A program made the translations under genes and the position numbers. 64,000 nucleotides of DNA from an uncultured Rubrobacteraceae bacterium (lineage in GTDB: Bacteria; Actinomycetota; Rubrobacteria; Rubrobacterales; Rubrobacteraceae): positions 856 through 64,855 of the forward strand of contig CAVYMT010000004.1 of NCBI GenBank assembly GCA_963769655.1, given 5' to 3'. A model generated the notes under the pieces. It made no database searches, was not told where the DNA came from, and saw nothing but the letters and a program-made list of their open reading frames with translations. This document shows, piece by piece, positions 1-9,013 of this stretch. How positions within the stretch are numbered: the first letter of the stretch is position 1; every line of letters starts with the position of its first letter.

Positions 1-553
1 GTCCCCAGAGCCGTTCCAGCCCGGCGCACGGCAGAAAGACCCCGACCATCCCCGGCTCTTTAGCGTACTTGCGGATCTCGCGCGCCGCGTCCTCGGGGTC
101 CTGGGGACAGGCGAGGATACACCCGAGGAGGCCGTTCTCGACCGAGCACCACTCCTCGAGCAGCCAGGCGTTGTAGGCGCGGGCGAGGGCGGCGGCGTAC
201 TCTACCTGCGAGATCACGGGTATCTTCAGGAAGTGGTCGGGGAAGAGGACGCCGATGTCGACGTGGATCTCGTCGAGCTCCTCGCGCATCTGGGAGGCGG
301 TGTGCACCATCCGCGTTCCCTCCTGCCCCGACGGGAACTTGGCCTCGTAGACTGTGGTCCCCGGCGAGAAACCCGGGATGTCGAGGTAGAACTCCTCCAC
401 GTCCTTTATGGTCTCTAGCGCCTTCCTCCACGGCATCTCGCAGTAGGGCATGAGCGCCGCAGGCGACTCGTGGACATGCACGTCGCAGTCCACGACGAGG
501 ATGTCCTCCAGCCTCTCCTTGCGCTCCTTCGTCCGCTCGACGGCCTGTGCCAC
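1..553 (-). CDS. amidohydrolase-family metal-dependent hydrolase (5' part; the gene runs off the window start)
   Basis: Absent from the ORF track because it has no stop inside the window. My minus-strand translation from GTG at 553 (GAGAGGAGAAG just upstream) gives VAQAVERTKERKERLEDILVVDCDVHVHESPAALMPYCEMPW...ARAYNAWLLEEW...GMVGVFLP with no stops. The DxHxH metal motif and overall pattern fit Amidohydrolase_2 (PF04909, ACMSD/LigI type). Confidence 0.65.
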   Translation of the reverse strand, partial: MAQAVERTKERKERLEDILVVDCDVHVHESPAALMPYCEMPWRKALETIKDVEEFYLDIPGFSPGTTVYEAKFPSGQEGTRMVHTASQMREELDEIHVDIGVLFPDHFLKIPVISQVEYAAALARAYNAWLLEEWCSVENGLLGCILACPQDPEDAAREIRKYAKEPGMVGVFLPCAGLERLWG

Positions 554-583
554 GCGCTTCTCCTCTCTGGTAGTTTGCGGCTC

Positions 584-1933
584 CTACGCCGGGGTCGCCG
601 ACGGTGGTCCGACCTCTTCTTCCTCGACCTCTTCGCTCGTCATCTCCCGTCCGTAGGTCTCGGGGCCGAGGGCCACGGCCACCACGGTTATGAGGGCCAG
701 CGCGATCATGTACACGGCTATCGGCCAGTAGCTGCCCGTCGACAAGAGCAGCCCCGTCGCTACGAAGGGCGCGATGCCGCCGGCGAGCGGCGCGGAGATC
801 TCGCGCGCGAGCGCTATGCCGGAGAAGCGCACCCGCGTGTCGAAGAGCTCTGAGAAGTAGGCCGCCTGCGGGGAGAACATCGCGTAGATGCCGAACGAGT
901 TGGCCAGGACTATGGCCAGCCAGATCAGGACGCTTACCTCGGTGTTCAGCAGCCAGAAGAAGGGGAAGGCGAAGAGCGCCAGGAACGCCGAGCCGGCCAG
1001 GTAGACCGGCCTGCGGCCCACACGGTCCGAGAGCGCCCCGAAGAGGGGTATGGTCGCGATCCCTAGAGCAGAGGAGATCAGGACCCCCGTCAACGCAACC
1101 CTGTCGGGGAGCCCGAGCTCCTGCGCCACGTAGGTCAGCGCGAAGGTCGTGATGATGTAGGAGTTCCCGTTCTCCGAGAAACGCGCTCCGATGGCGACGA
1201 GCAGGTTCCTCCGCTGCGAGCGCACCACCTCGAGGACAGGGGTCTCGACCTCGGTGTCGGTCTCTTTGACCCTGGAGAAGACCGGCGTCTCCATGACGCG
1301 CAGCCGGATGTATAGCCCGACGAGCACGATGACGATGCTCAGGAGGAAGGGCACCCGCCAGCCCCAGGAGAGGAACTGCTCTTCGGGCAACGACGAGAAG
1401 TAGGCGAAGACGCCGGACGAGAGCAGCAAGCCTATGGCAACCCCCGTGCAAGGAAGGCTCGCGTAGAGCCCTCGCTTACGGGCCGGGGAGTACTCCGCCG
1501 CCATGACCACCGCCCCACCGAACTCCGCCCCGGCTCCGAGGCCCTGCATGATGCGCAACAGGAGCAGTAGTATCGGGGCCAGTATCCCGACGGACTCGTA
1601 GGTGGGCAACAGGCCCATCAGCGTCGTGGCGACGCCCATCAGCATGAGCGTGATGACGAGGATGGCCTTGCGGCCGATCTTATCCCCCAGGTTGCCGAAG
1701 ATAATCCCCCCGACCGGCCTGGCAAAGAAGCCCACCGCGTAGGTGCCGAAGGCGGCCATCGTCCCCGCGAGCGGGGCGAACTCGGGGAAGAACAGCTCGT
1801 TGAAGACGACGGCCGCCGCCGCCCCGTAGATAAAGAAGTCGTACCATTCGATCACGGTCCCGACGACGCTCGCCGCCGACACCTGCACGATGGATGTGCG
1901 TTGCCCCTCGTCCTCCCCACCGATCCTTTGCAC
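584..1933 (-). CDS. MFS transporter, metabolite:H+ symporter (MHS) type
   Basis: 449-aa ORF with multiple TM helices. Motifs EWYDFFIYG, GFFARPVGGIIFGNLGDKIGRK and GAEFGGAVVMAAEY are typical of MHS-family MFS proteins. Confidence 0.9.
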   Translation of the reverse strand: MQRIGGEDEGQRTSIVQVSAASVVGTVIEWYDFFIYGAAAAVVFNELFFPEFAPLAGTMAAFGTYAVGFFARPVGGIIFGNLGDKIGRKAILVITLMLMGVATTLMGLLPTYESVGILAPILLLLLRIMQGLGAGAEFGGAVVMAAEYSPARKRGLYASLPCTGVAIGLLLSSGVFAYFSSLPEEQFLSWGWRVPFLLSIVIVLVGLYIRLRVMETPVFSRVKETDTEVETPVLEVVRSQRRNLLVAIGARFSENGNSYIITTFALTYVAQELGLPDRVALTGVLISSALGIATIPLFGALSDRVGRRPVYLAGSAFLALFAFPFFWLLNTEVSVLIWLAIVLANSFGIYAMFSPQAAYFSELFDTRVRFSGIALAREISAPLAGGIAPFVATGLLLSTGSYWPIAVYMIALALITVVAVALGPETYGREMTSEEVEEEEVGPPSATPA

Positions 1934-1980
1934 GGTCTCCTCCTCCCCGGTCCCTACCGGGAGTTTGCCAAAGCCTCCGG

Positions 1981-2718
1981 TTAGGCCGAACCCATCTCCA
2001 CGGGATCGGCCCTCTCGACGGTGCGGTCCACGTGCTCGGCCATCAGTCGCCTGGCCTCGTCCCCGTCGCCAGCCTCGAGCGCCGCGAAGATCTCCAGATG
2101 CTCAGCGTAGAACTCGCGCCAGTCGCCGGGCGAGATCCGGCATTCCCCCCAGGCCTCGATCCAGAGCGCGTGCACCGACCGCTGCGCCTCGGCCAGCAAG
2201 GGGTTGCCCGCCTCGCGCGCCAGCGCCGCCTCGAAGCGAAGATCCAGGCTCCCCGGCTCCCCGGTCGCGCTCAGGTCCGCCCCCGACCGCTCCAACGCGG
2301 CCCGGACGGACGCGAGATCCGCATCCTCCCGCTTCGCGAAGAGCTCCACAACCTTGTCCTCGATCGCGGCCCGCACGTCCACGAGGTGCCTGAGAAAGAC
2401 GCGGTCCACCGGCAACACGGACCTCATCTGCGCGGCCAGCGCGTTGCCGTTGGGATGCACCAGGAAACTGCCGGCGTTGGGCCGGATCTCGATCTTGCCC
2501 ATGCTCTCCAGCGCCCGCAACGCCTCCCGCACTGACACCCGGCTGACCCCAAGCCTCACCACAAGCTCCCGCTCCGGCGGCAGCCGGTCCCCCGGCGCCA
2601 TCCCGCTCTCGCTGATGAGCGCGTTTAACTGCGCCAGCACCGACTCGTACACGTCGACCCGCCGTATCGGGACGATCTCAAACGGCTTGCGTCCCCCACC
2701 CAACTTCCTCACCTCCAC
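1981..2718 (-). CDS. GntR-family regulator with FadR-type (FCD) C-terminal domain
   Basis: The wHTH segment LPPERELVVRLGVSRVSVREALRALE is followed by a helical FCD-like domain. The ORF track extends to 2832, but that extension covers the operator palindrome. I place the start at GTG 2718 or TTG 2703 (GGAGGTGAGG RBS). Confidence 0.8.
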   Translation of the reverse strand: MEVRKLGGGRKPFEIVPIRRVDVYESVLAQLNALISESGMAPGDRLPPERELVVRLGVSRVSVREALRALESMGKIEIRPNAGSFLVHPNGNALAAQMRSVLPVDRVFLRHLVDVRAAIEDKVVELFAKREDADLASVRAALERSGADLSATGEPGSLDLRFEAALAREAGNPLLAEAQRSVHALWIEAWGECRISPGDWREFYAEHLEIFAALEAGDGDEARRLMAEHVDRTVERADPVEMGSA

Positions 2719-2732
2719 CGGTATGTGGACTG

Positions 2733-2743
2733 TGGTCTGACCA
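2733..2743. promoter_or_regulatory. candidate GntR operator, palindrome TGGTCTGACCA
   Basis: Perfect TGGTC-T-GACCA inverted repeat just upstream of the GntR start. It matches the classical FadR/GntR half-site pattern TGGT..ACCA. Confidence 0.5.
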
Positions 2744-2810
2744 AAGTATGGTATTGCGTTCCTTGTGTCAAGATCGGGATGGGGATATCGGATACTAGGT
2801 GACCTCGATC

Positions 2811-2835
2811 TGGTCTTGATTGACCAAGTCAATCA
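2811..2835. promoter_or_regulatory. second candidate operator region (TGGTC-N6-GACCA overlapping TGATTGAC-caa-GTCAATCA)
   Basis: Two overlapping inverted repeats read directly from the sequence, in the intergenic region upstream of the GntR-MFS-amidohydrolase operon. Confidence 0.4.
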
Positions 2836-3047
2836 TCGAGCAAGGGTCATTCGGAGAAGGCTGAGCCTTGTCGGGCAGAGGTAAACTGGATACAGACCAG
2901 GAGCCATGTGGCGTGGGGGGACCTGCGCGGGGGTATCTGGATGAGGTCGCAGAAGGAGGCGGGACAGAAGGCTAGGGCAAACCGGGGAGCACCTGCCCCT
3001 TCGGGCTCGGTTCCGCGTCTTCTGTCTTACGTGCCCCGCGGTGCCTG

Positions 3048-3842
3048 TTGGAGTGCCGGCTTCCGAGCGTTGACTTCGATATCGCAGCCTCGGCCGGGTG
3101 GTACTCGGCTATCGCCGGGCTGCTCGCAGGGTTCGCGTTGTTGTACATCCTGTTCCCGCTGGACCACGAGACGGCCGACGTCGATGAGACCGAGATAGGC
3201 AACGCGGCGGTGGTCTTTACCTGTGCCTCCTTCTCCCTCCTTATCCTGGCCTTCACGTATGCCGTGCTGCCAGGCCGCACCGGCGACGGACCGGTGGTCG
3301 GTGTCGCGGCACACGAGCAGTTGCTCAACGGCGCGGCCTTCGGATTTACCATGTTGCTCCTGCTGTTCGGACTTCATGAGTTGCTGAAGGCTTACGGAGC
3401 TAATCGACAGGTCTTTCAGCCGGCCCGGCGCGTCATCGTCGCGATGACGTCGATCGTCGGTCCGTTGGTGGTGCTGGCGTTTCAGTTCAGCAACACTCTG
3501 GATCTGCAGCGGTACCGGATCGCTGTCGCCGAGGCGTCATCGGTGCAGTGCGGGATGTGGGGTTTGCCCGACGGGGTGTGGATCAACCTCGGGATCACCG
3601 CTGCAGCCATCGCGGCGGTGCTCGTACTCGGCGCGGTGCGAGATCGCTTGCCGAGGTGGCGTTCGGCTCCGACCCTGGTCGCCAAGGTCGTCCTCGGCTT
3701 CACCGTGACCGGATGGGCTGCGATCGTGCTTCCACTCCTGCCGGATTCGGCCGTCACCAGTGCTTTGTTCGAGCATCTGGCGTTGGCGGTAACGGCTACC
3801 GCCACCGCGGGGGTCGCCGGAGCCTCGTGGCTCGGTCGTTAA
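3048..3842 (+). CDS. hypothetical multi-pass membrane protein
   Basis: 264-aa ORF (TTG start) with several hydrophobic helices and codon bias consistent with coding. I recognise no family. Confidence 0.5.
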   Translation: MECRLPSVDFDIAASAGWYSAIAGLLAGFALLYILFPLDHETADVDETEIGNAAVVFTCASFSLLILAFTYAVLPGRTGDGPVVGVAAHEQLLNGAAFGFTMLLLLFGLHELLKAYGANRQVFQPARRVIVAMTSIVGPLVVLAFQFSNTLDLQRYRIAVAEASSVQCGMWGLPDGVWINLGITAAAIAAVLVLGAVRDRLPRWRSAPTLVAKVVLGFTVTGWAAIVLPLLPDSAVTSALFEHLALAVTATATAGVAGASWLGR

Positions 3843-4103
3843 CCGACTCGCCAGATGCTCGAATGCTGTCGGGTGACTTCGACGGGCGCCGCGGCTCAGC
3901 TCCCGAGCACCGGCGAGTCCGACAGGGGCTCCGCGGTGCGGTTCCGAGCCCGGTCGACCGGAATGTCCCCAAAGACGACCCGGCGCTATCCTGGCCTTTG
4001 CGGGATCTACTTCGCTGAGTCCGTGTTATTGGAGGTCCGTCGACGGCGGCCTAAAGCAGGCGGCCCGGCTGTCCACCGAAACCGGGGCGGCGGTTCGGTA
4101 CGA

Positions 4104-4373
4104 TCAAAGGCCGAATCGCCGGGCCGAGCGCGCTCTCGCCTTGGCCGTCTCTTCCTCCCTGTCCTTGGGCGGTGCGGCGGTTTCGAGTGAGGCAAGCAAC
4201 CTCTCCGAGATCTTCGCCACGTCCTCGACCGCGGAGTAGAAGGCCGCCTCGTTGGTCTTGGACGGCTTGTTGAAGCCGGTCACCTTCCGCACGTACTGCA
4301 GCGAAGCCGCGTTTATCTCCTCGCCGGTCGCCGGCGGCTCGAAGTTGAAGAGCGTCTTGATGTTCCTACACAT
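4104..4373 (-). CDS. DUF2277 family protein
   Basis: The N-terminus MCRNIKTLFNFEPPATGEEINAASLQYVRKVTGFNKPSKTNEAAF is the characteristic DUF2277 signature. Confidence 0.85.
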   Translation of the reverse strand: MCRNIKTLFNFEPPATGEEINAASLQYVRKVTGFNKPSKTNEAAFYSAVEDVAKISERLLASLETAAPPKDREEETAKARARSARRFGL

Positions 4374-5093
4374 GGGGGACGGCCTCTGCGGCGGATCCCC
4401 GACCGCGGGACTCGCTTGCTACCGGGATGCCCTGTGCGCCAAAAGCGTCGGGTACGGGTGCCTGGCTCACGTGCTCTCCTCTCCTCGTCCGTGTCGATGC
4501 CAAAGCGCAATTCAATGTTACTGCGCGCGGCGGCACAACCCCCGCCTATTCTTCGAGAAACGCTGGACGGCTACAAATCTACTGGGCTACGGAGCATAGG
4601 TGGCGCAAGGGTGGAAAGGCGAGGACGGTTCTCATCGGGCGGGTTCGTTGCCGGCGCGCTCGTGTGCTTCGTCTTGGCCGCCGTCGTCAGCTCGCTTATC
4701 GGCAGCTACTTGTTCACGGTCTCGCAGGCCGGCTTCGCGGCCGCCAAGGCCCGCCGGGACGGCGAGGCTGCCGGTGCTGTCGGCGCCCGGCCTCGGTGCA
4801 AGTGGCCACCCGAGCACTCCGGTCGCCGACAGCAGCGTTGTTGGGGGAGCGTGTTTCGTTGCCGTCGCTTCCCACAAGCTATACATCAGACTTCTCGCAG
4901 GAACGTTCTCCGAACTTCGCTCTGAGGGCGTTCACCCAGGAATATTCCCCGACGACTCGGGACACGAGCCTCTGGCGCCCGGGAACCGGGCGGGCTACGC
5001 TGCCTTCGTCGTGCGAAAACGGAAACGAGGAGGCGCAGAGATCATGCTAAGGATGACCTGCCAGGTAAGCGGGTGGGAAAGGAGGAATCTGCT

Positions 5094-5909
5094 ATGAGTG
5101 ATGAAGGGAAAGGCTACTTACTGGCCGGGCAGCTTTCGGAGCTCGCACGGCTACAACTGCAATCGCGCGTCTGGGAGCCCACCGGGCGACAGTTGCTGTC
5201 GCAGCTCGATGGAGGCACCGGCGGGAGGGTTCTGGATTTCGGCTGCGGAGTCATGAGCTGGCTCCGGATCCTCAGCGAGTGGGTCGGCCCCTCCGGACGG
5301 GTAGTGGGCACCGACATAGACGAAAACCTGCTGGATGCCGCTCGTTCATTTCTCGAGGCGGAAGGGATCTCAAACGTGGATCTGGTGGTCGATGATGTAT
5401 TCGACAGCAAGTTGGAGCCGCGGTCCTTCGATCTCGTTCATGCCCGATTCCTGATCGCGCCCCTCGGCCGTGGTCGCGACCAGGTGGCCGCGTATCGGCG
5501 ACTGGTCAGGCCAGGTGGTTGGCTGGTTCTCGAGGAGTGGGATACGAGCTCCTGGCACTTCAATCCACCCGCCCCCGCAACCGAGCGGCTGATCCGATTG
5601 ATGTACGAGATTTTCGCCACCCTAGGCGGGGAAGCTGGCCGCGAGCTCCCGGCGCTTCTTCGCGAGATCGGCATCGCCGACCCCGGGATCGATGCGCACG
5701 TGATCGCGCTGAAGCCAGGCCACCCCTATCTGCGCCTGCCGATTCAGTTCAGCGTGTCGCTTGAGCGTCCGCTGTTGCAGACCGTAAGTGCTGATGGGCT
5801 TGCTTCCCTACGCCGGGCCGCCGAAGCGGAGTTGGCCGACCCGGCAAGGTGGGGAACGACGTTCACCGTGGTCCAGAGTTGGGGCAAGGTCGAAGGCGGC
5901 TGTTACTAG
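5094..5909 (+). CDS. class I SAM-dependent methyltransferase
   Basis: Motif I is VLDFGCGVMSW, followed by a Rossmann-type pattern. ATG 5094 is preceded by GGAGG 8 nt upstream, whereas the ORF-track GTG 5073 would overlap that RBS. Confidence 0.8.
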   Translation: MSDEGKGYLLAGQLSELARLQLQSRVWEPTGRQLLSQLDGGTGGRVLDFGCGVMSWLRILSEWVGPSGRVVGTDIDENLLDAARSFLEAEGISNVDLVVDDVFDSKLEPRSFDLVHARFLIAPLGRGRDQVAAYRRLVRPGGWLVLEEWDTSSWHFNPPAPATERLIRLMYEIFATLGGEAGRELPALLREIGIADPGIDAHVIALKPGHPYLRLPIQFSVSLERPLLQTVSADGLASLRRAAEAELADPARWGTTFTVVQSWGKVEGGCY

Positions 5910-5935
5910 CTCGGTCCCCTACTCAAGGGACCGAG
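5910..5935. terminator. bidirectional stem-loop between convergent genes
   Basis: CTCGGTCCC-ctactcaa-GGGACCGAG is a perfect 9-bp stem, followed by ATTTATT. Confidence 0.55.
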
Positions 5936-5987
5936 GCCCGGATTTATTCACCCACCTCCCGGTAGTGGGATTTCTCGAGGTTCGCCG

Positions 5988-6317
5988 TTACTCAATTATG
6001 TCCCGTATACCGAGTTTGGTCAGGTTTAGTTCGTGCGCGCCAACCTCCCCGACTATTGTTTCCGGCGAGGTGGGGAGCGCCGATGACAGGTTCCTCCCTA
6101 CCCAATCCTCCGCCAACTTGTTCGATCTTTCGGCTCCCGCTCGCTGCTCGAAGATGCTTATCGAGGTGAGCGTGCCACCCCCGCTTTCCAGCACGTAGTA
6201 GGCCAAGAACCCCGGTGCACTTCTGATTATGGGGATGAAGCCTTCCCTTATTCCGCGCAAAACGTTCTCTACCGGCTCGTTGGTCAGCAGACCGTACTGC
6301 CGTATCGCCACATACAT
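5988..6317 (-). CDS. ABM-like (dimeric alpha-beta barrel) small protein
   Basis: MYVAIRQYG...GFLAYYVLESGGGTLTSISIFEQRAGAERS resembles the antibiotic-biosynthesis-monooxygenase fold. ATG 6317 is preceded by an AAGGAG RBS. Confidence 0.6.
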   Translation of the reverse strand: MYVAIRQYGLLTNEPVENVLRGIREGFIPIIRSAPGFLAYYVLESGGGTLTSISIFEQRAGAERSNKLAEDWVGRNLSSALPTSPETIVGEVGAHELNLTKLGIRDIIE

Positions 6318-6388
6318 GCTCTGTGCTCCTTTCTCTCTGTTTCCGAGGGCCGGGATACCGATATTCTGGCCTTTTTGTCCCCCTTTTT

Positions 6389-6428
6389 CATCCAACGGCC
6401 TTGAACGTTGCGTTCTCGGAACTTCGCC
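6389..6428 (+). repeat. copy of short intergenic repeat R (core GTTCTCGGAACTTCGC)
   Basis: CATCCAACGGCCTTGAACGTTGCGTTCTCGGAACTTCGCC aligns along its length with the intact copy at 10719..10759. Confidence 0.5.
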
Positions 6429-6619
6429 TGTACAGGGTTCTAAGGAACTCGGCTAAAGGGGCTTCTGCGAACTTCGGTTGTCATTCTCGGACGTTTGCTG
6501 TGAGGGTGTCTTCTACGTTGAGCCTAGAAACAGACACTCTTGAGGAATGTGGCGGCAAAGCGCAGCAATGTATAAGATGCATTCGTTGCAAAAGAATGCC
6601 CCATCGGATGGAGTAGTAG

Positions 6620-7280
6620 ATGCTAAGGGTGCTGCACCGAACCGCATGGGTATTGGTAACCATCGGGGCTCTGCTCATGTTCTTGCTGGCGGCGCGATAC
6701 TTCTTCTTGGACCTCGAGGCCGAAGCTGCCGATCCGGACACGACTATTCTCAGGGAACTCTACCTCGAGAGGCCGGTGGGCACTCTACATTCACGCCTTT
6801 GCCATCATGTTCCCGCTGATCATCGGTCCCGTTCAGTTCTTTCTGCGGCGGCTCACTCCTGAGGCACGACGCGCCAGGTACCTACCACTGCATCGGTGGC
6901 TCGGTCGGATATACGTAGCGGGGGCTCTCATCGGCGGACTGGCGGGACTATACTTGGCCATCTACGCCTATGGTGGTTTCGCCTCGGCCCTTGGGTTCGG
7001 GGTCTTGGCCGTCCTTACGCTCACCACCACCTCGATCGCGTACCTACGCATCCGGGCCGGGGACGAGTTCTCCCATAAGGAGTGGATGACCCGCAGCTAC
7101 GCCTTGATCTTCGCCGCACCGACGCTCCGACTGTTGCTGGGCCTGTATGTCGGAGTTTTCGGGATAGGAGAGACGGAAGCATACCAGGCGGTAGCCTGGT
7201 CCTGCTGGGTACCCAACCTGATCGTGGCCGAGATCATCAATTTAAGACGCCGGCAGACCGAGGCACCCGTGAACGTGTAG
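6620..7280 (+). pseudogene. DUF2306 membrane protein, frameshifted near 6775-6782
   Basis: ORF 6620..6862 encodes TM1 (...ELYLERPVG). ORF 6807..7280 carries HRWLGRIYV...WMTRSYALIFAAPTLRL, the DUF2306 pattern. The second frame is open upstream and reads ALYIHAFAIMFPLIIGPVQF, so one gene is split by a 1-nt shift. Confidence 0.65.
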
Positions 7281-7433
7281 GTACAGGAGAGACAAGTGGC
7301 CTTCTGCACGGCGTAGGACCATACAAGAACCCAATGCAGTTGCCGCAAAAGGGCGCCATGCTACGTTGGGACTCTAGCCCTTCTTTCTACCCCTATTCAC
7401 CATAGTGCGTGGAAGGTAGAAGCTCTTCGAAGC

Positions 7434-8048
7434 TCAGCTCACGCGCGAGGGTTCGCCAGCTGAGGTGAGCCTTCCCGGTGCGAGTTCCAGCCACGCGGTG
7501 GCCAGGAAGAAGCTCCCGAAGGCCAGCGTGCCGGCCGGGTAGGGATGCCCTCCCATCAGGAACACTCCAGCCATGATCAGCAAGAGGAAGGGGCCTAGGG
7601 ACGCACCGGCATGCCGTAGCGCCATCGCCGCCGCGATCAGCGCAACCACCCACGCGAGCGTTCCCACCACCGAGAGGCCGAAGGGCAGGCTGAACAGTGG
7701 CAGGTCCTTCACCGCCTCGTAGACGGCTTCTTGCCCGTTGGCCGAGAGCCCTTGCGCGTTGCGAAGGGCTTACCCTGTGCCGATGCCCGCCGCCGCGTCG
7801 TAGGCGCTGAAGAAGACGGCGAAGACCCCGATGGCCCAGCGGCTCACGCTCACCGCTCTCCCCTCAAGCCCTTCGGTGAGCAGGTAGACGGCCAGGGCGA
7901 TGAGCCCGATGAGGGGAACCTGGATGATGTGGAACCACATGAACCACGCCCCCTGCTCCACGGCACCGCTGGCACCGCTGGGCCGCTCCGGATGGAAGAT
8001 CTCCAGGATGGCAAGGGCCAGCCCCGGCCCTTCGGCGCCTCCATTCAC
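7434..8048 (-). pseudogene. membrane protein gene interrupted by an in-frame TAA (7770..7772)
   Basis: ORFs 7770..8048 and 7434..7712 are in the same frame (offset 60 nt). Read-through gives ...AAGIGTG*ALRNAQGLSANGQEAVYEAVKDLPLF... The 5' end abuts the left end of IS copy 1. Confidence 0.55.
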
Positions 8049-8062
8049 CCAACTGCGGGTAA
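8046..8062 (+). repeat. left half of repeat R, split by the IS insertions
   Basis: CACCCAACTGCGGGTAA is identical to the left half of the intact copy at 10719. Confidence 0.6.
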
Positions 8063-9010
8063 GAAACTGTCCGAAAAGGGGTCTTGAGGGGGTGGCTCGG
8101 TACCCTACCGGGCATGGAAAGAGCGTACCAAACCGACCTCTCCGACGAAGAGTGGACCTTCGTGGAGCCCCATCTCCCTGCCCCCGAAGCCCCCGGACGG
8201 CCGAGGATCCACGCCTTGCGCGAGGAGATCCTGAACGCCGGCTTCTACATCGTCCGTAGCGGCTGCGCCTGGCGCCTGGTGCCCAAAGAGTATCCGCCCT
8301 GGAAGACCGTCCACCACTACTTCAGGATTTGGCGCTTGGACGGCACCTGGGAGAGGCTGCACGCCGCCCTGCGCGAGCGGGTGCGCGTGCGTACGGGCCG
8401 AGACCCTCAGCCCACGGCCGGCGTGGTCGACAGCCAATCGGTCAAGACGACCGGCGTGGGAGGAAAAGAGCGAGGATACGACGGCGGAAAGAAGGTGAAG
8501 GGGCGCAAACGGCATCTCCTGGTGGACACCGAGGGCCTGGTGCTCAAAGCCAAGGTCCACAGCGCCAAGGTCATGGACCACGAGGGGATCAAGAGGTTGC
8601 TCCACGGCGCCTGGTCGGCGTTCCCCCGCCTGAAGCACCTGTGGCTGGAGGCGGGGTACCGGGGCGAGGACAAGGGCAAGGATTGGGTCGAGAAGACCCT
8701 GGGGTGGGGCGTGGACCTCGTCGAGCGTCCGCGCAAGCCCGCCCCCGAAGAGGTCCTGAGAGAGTGGGCGGAGCAGTGGCACAAGGAGGGCGTGAGCGTG
8801 GACCGGGAGGAGCTGTTGCCGCCGCGAGGCTTCCAAGTGTTGCCGAGGAGATGGGTGGTGGAGCGGACCTTCTCGTGGTTAGACCACAACAGACGGATGA
8901 GCAAGGACTACGAGAGGCTCCCAGAAACCGGCGAGGCGTTCGTCTACGCAGCCATGATCCGTTTGATGGTGAGGCGTCTAACCCGTGCCTGAGAATTCCC
9001 AAACAGTTTC
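8063..9010 (+). mobile_element. IS5-family insertion sequence, copy 1 (intact transposase)
   Basis: Terminal inverted repeats are GAAACTGTCCGAAAA (8063) and CCCAAACAGTTTC (8998..9010). It has a single transposase ORF. Confidence 0.85.
8114..8992 (+). CDS. IS5-family (DDE) transposase
   Basis: MERAYQTDLSDEEW...VDSQSVKTT...LVDTEGLVLKAKVHSAKV...RRWVVERTFSWL...YERL is typical of IS5/IS427-group transposases. ATG at 8114. Confidence 0.9.
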   Translation: MERAYQTDLSDEEWTFVEPHLPAPEAPGRPRIHALREEILNAGFYIVRSGCAWRLVPKEYPPWKTVHHYFRIWRLDGTWERLHAALRERVRVRTGRDPQPTAGVVDSQSVKTTGVGGKERGYDGGKKVKGRKRHLLVDTEGLVLKAKVHSAKVMDHEGIKRLLHGAWSAFPRLKHLWLEAGYRGEDKGKDWVEKTLGWGVDLVERPRKPAPEEVLREWAEQWHKEGVSVDREELLPPRGFQVLPRRWVVERTFSWLDHNRRMSKDYERLPETGEAFVYAAMIRLMVRRLTRA

Positions 9011-9013
9011 GGA

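Noticed and set aside
60-1451. Very long ORFs antisense to, or out of frame with, confidently assigned genes. Examples: 60..1451, 17548..18510, 19068..20219, 24271..25656, 25169..26524, 32626..34362, 39562..41265, 50095..52050, 52164..53567, 54218..56047, 61756..63228.
   Set aside because: Their translations are Arg/Pro/Gly/Ala-rich low-complexity strings with no recognisable motifs. They overlap genes with clear family signatures. Long spurious ORFs of this kind are expected in GC-rich DNA, where stop codons are rare off-frame.
4374-5093. Overlapping plus-strand ORFs 4416..4925, 4427..5050 and 4600..5097, one of which contains a TM-like stretch (GFVAGALVCFVLAAVVSSLIGSYLF).
   Set aside because: There is no convincing RBS or start. 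The three ORFs are mutually overlapping, with low-complexity Arg-rich tails and no family resemblance. I treat the stretch as non-coding leader or spacer, though a small membrane peptide cannot be excluded.
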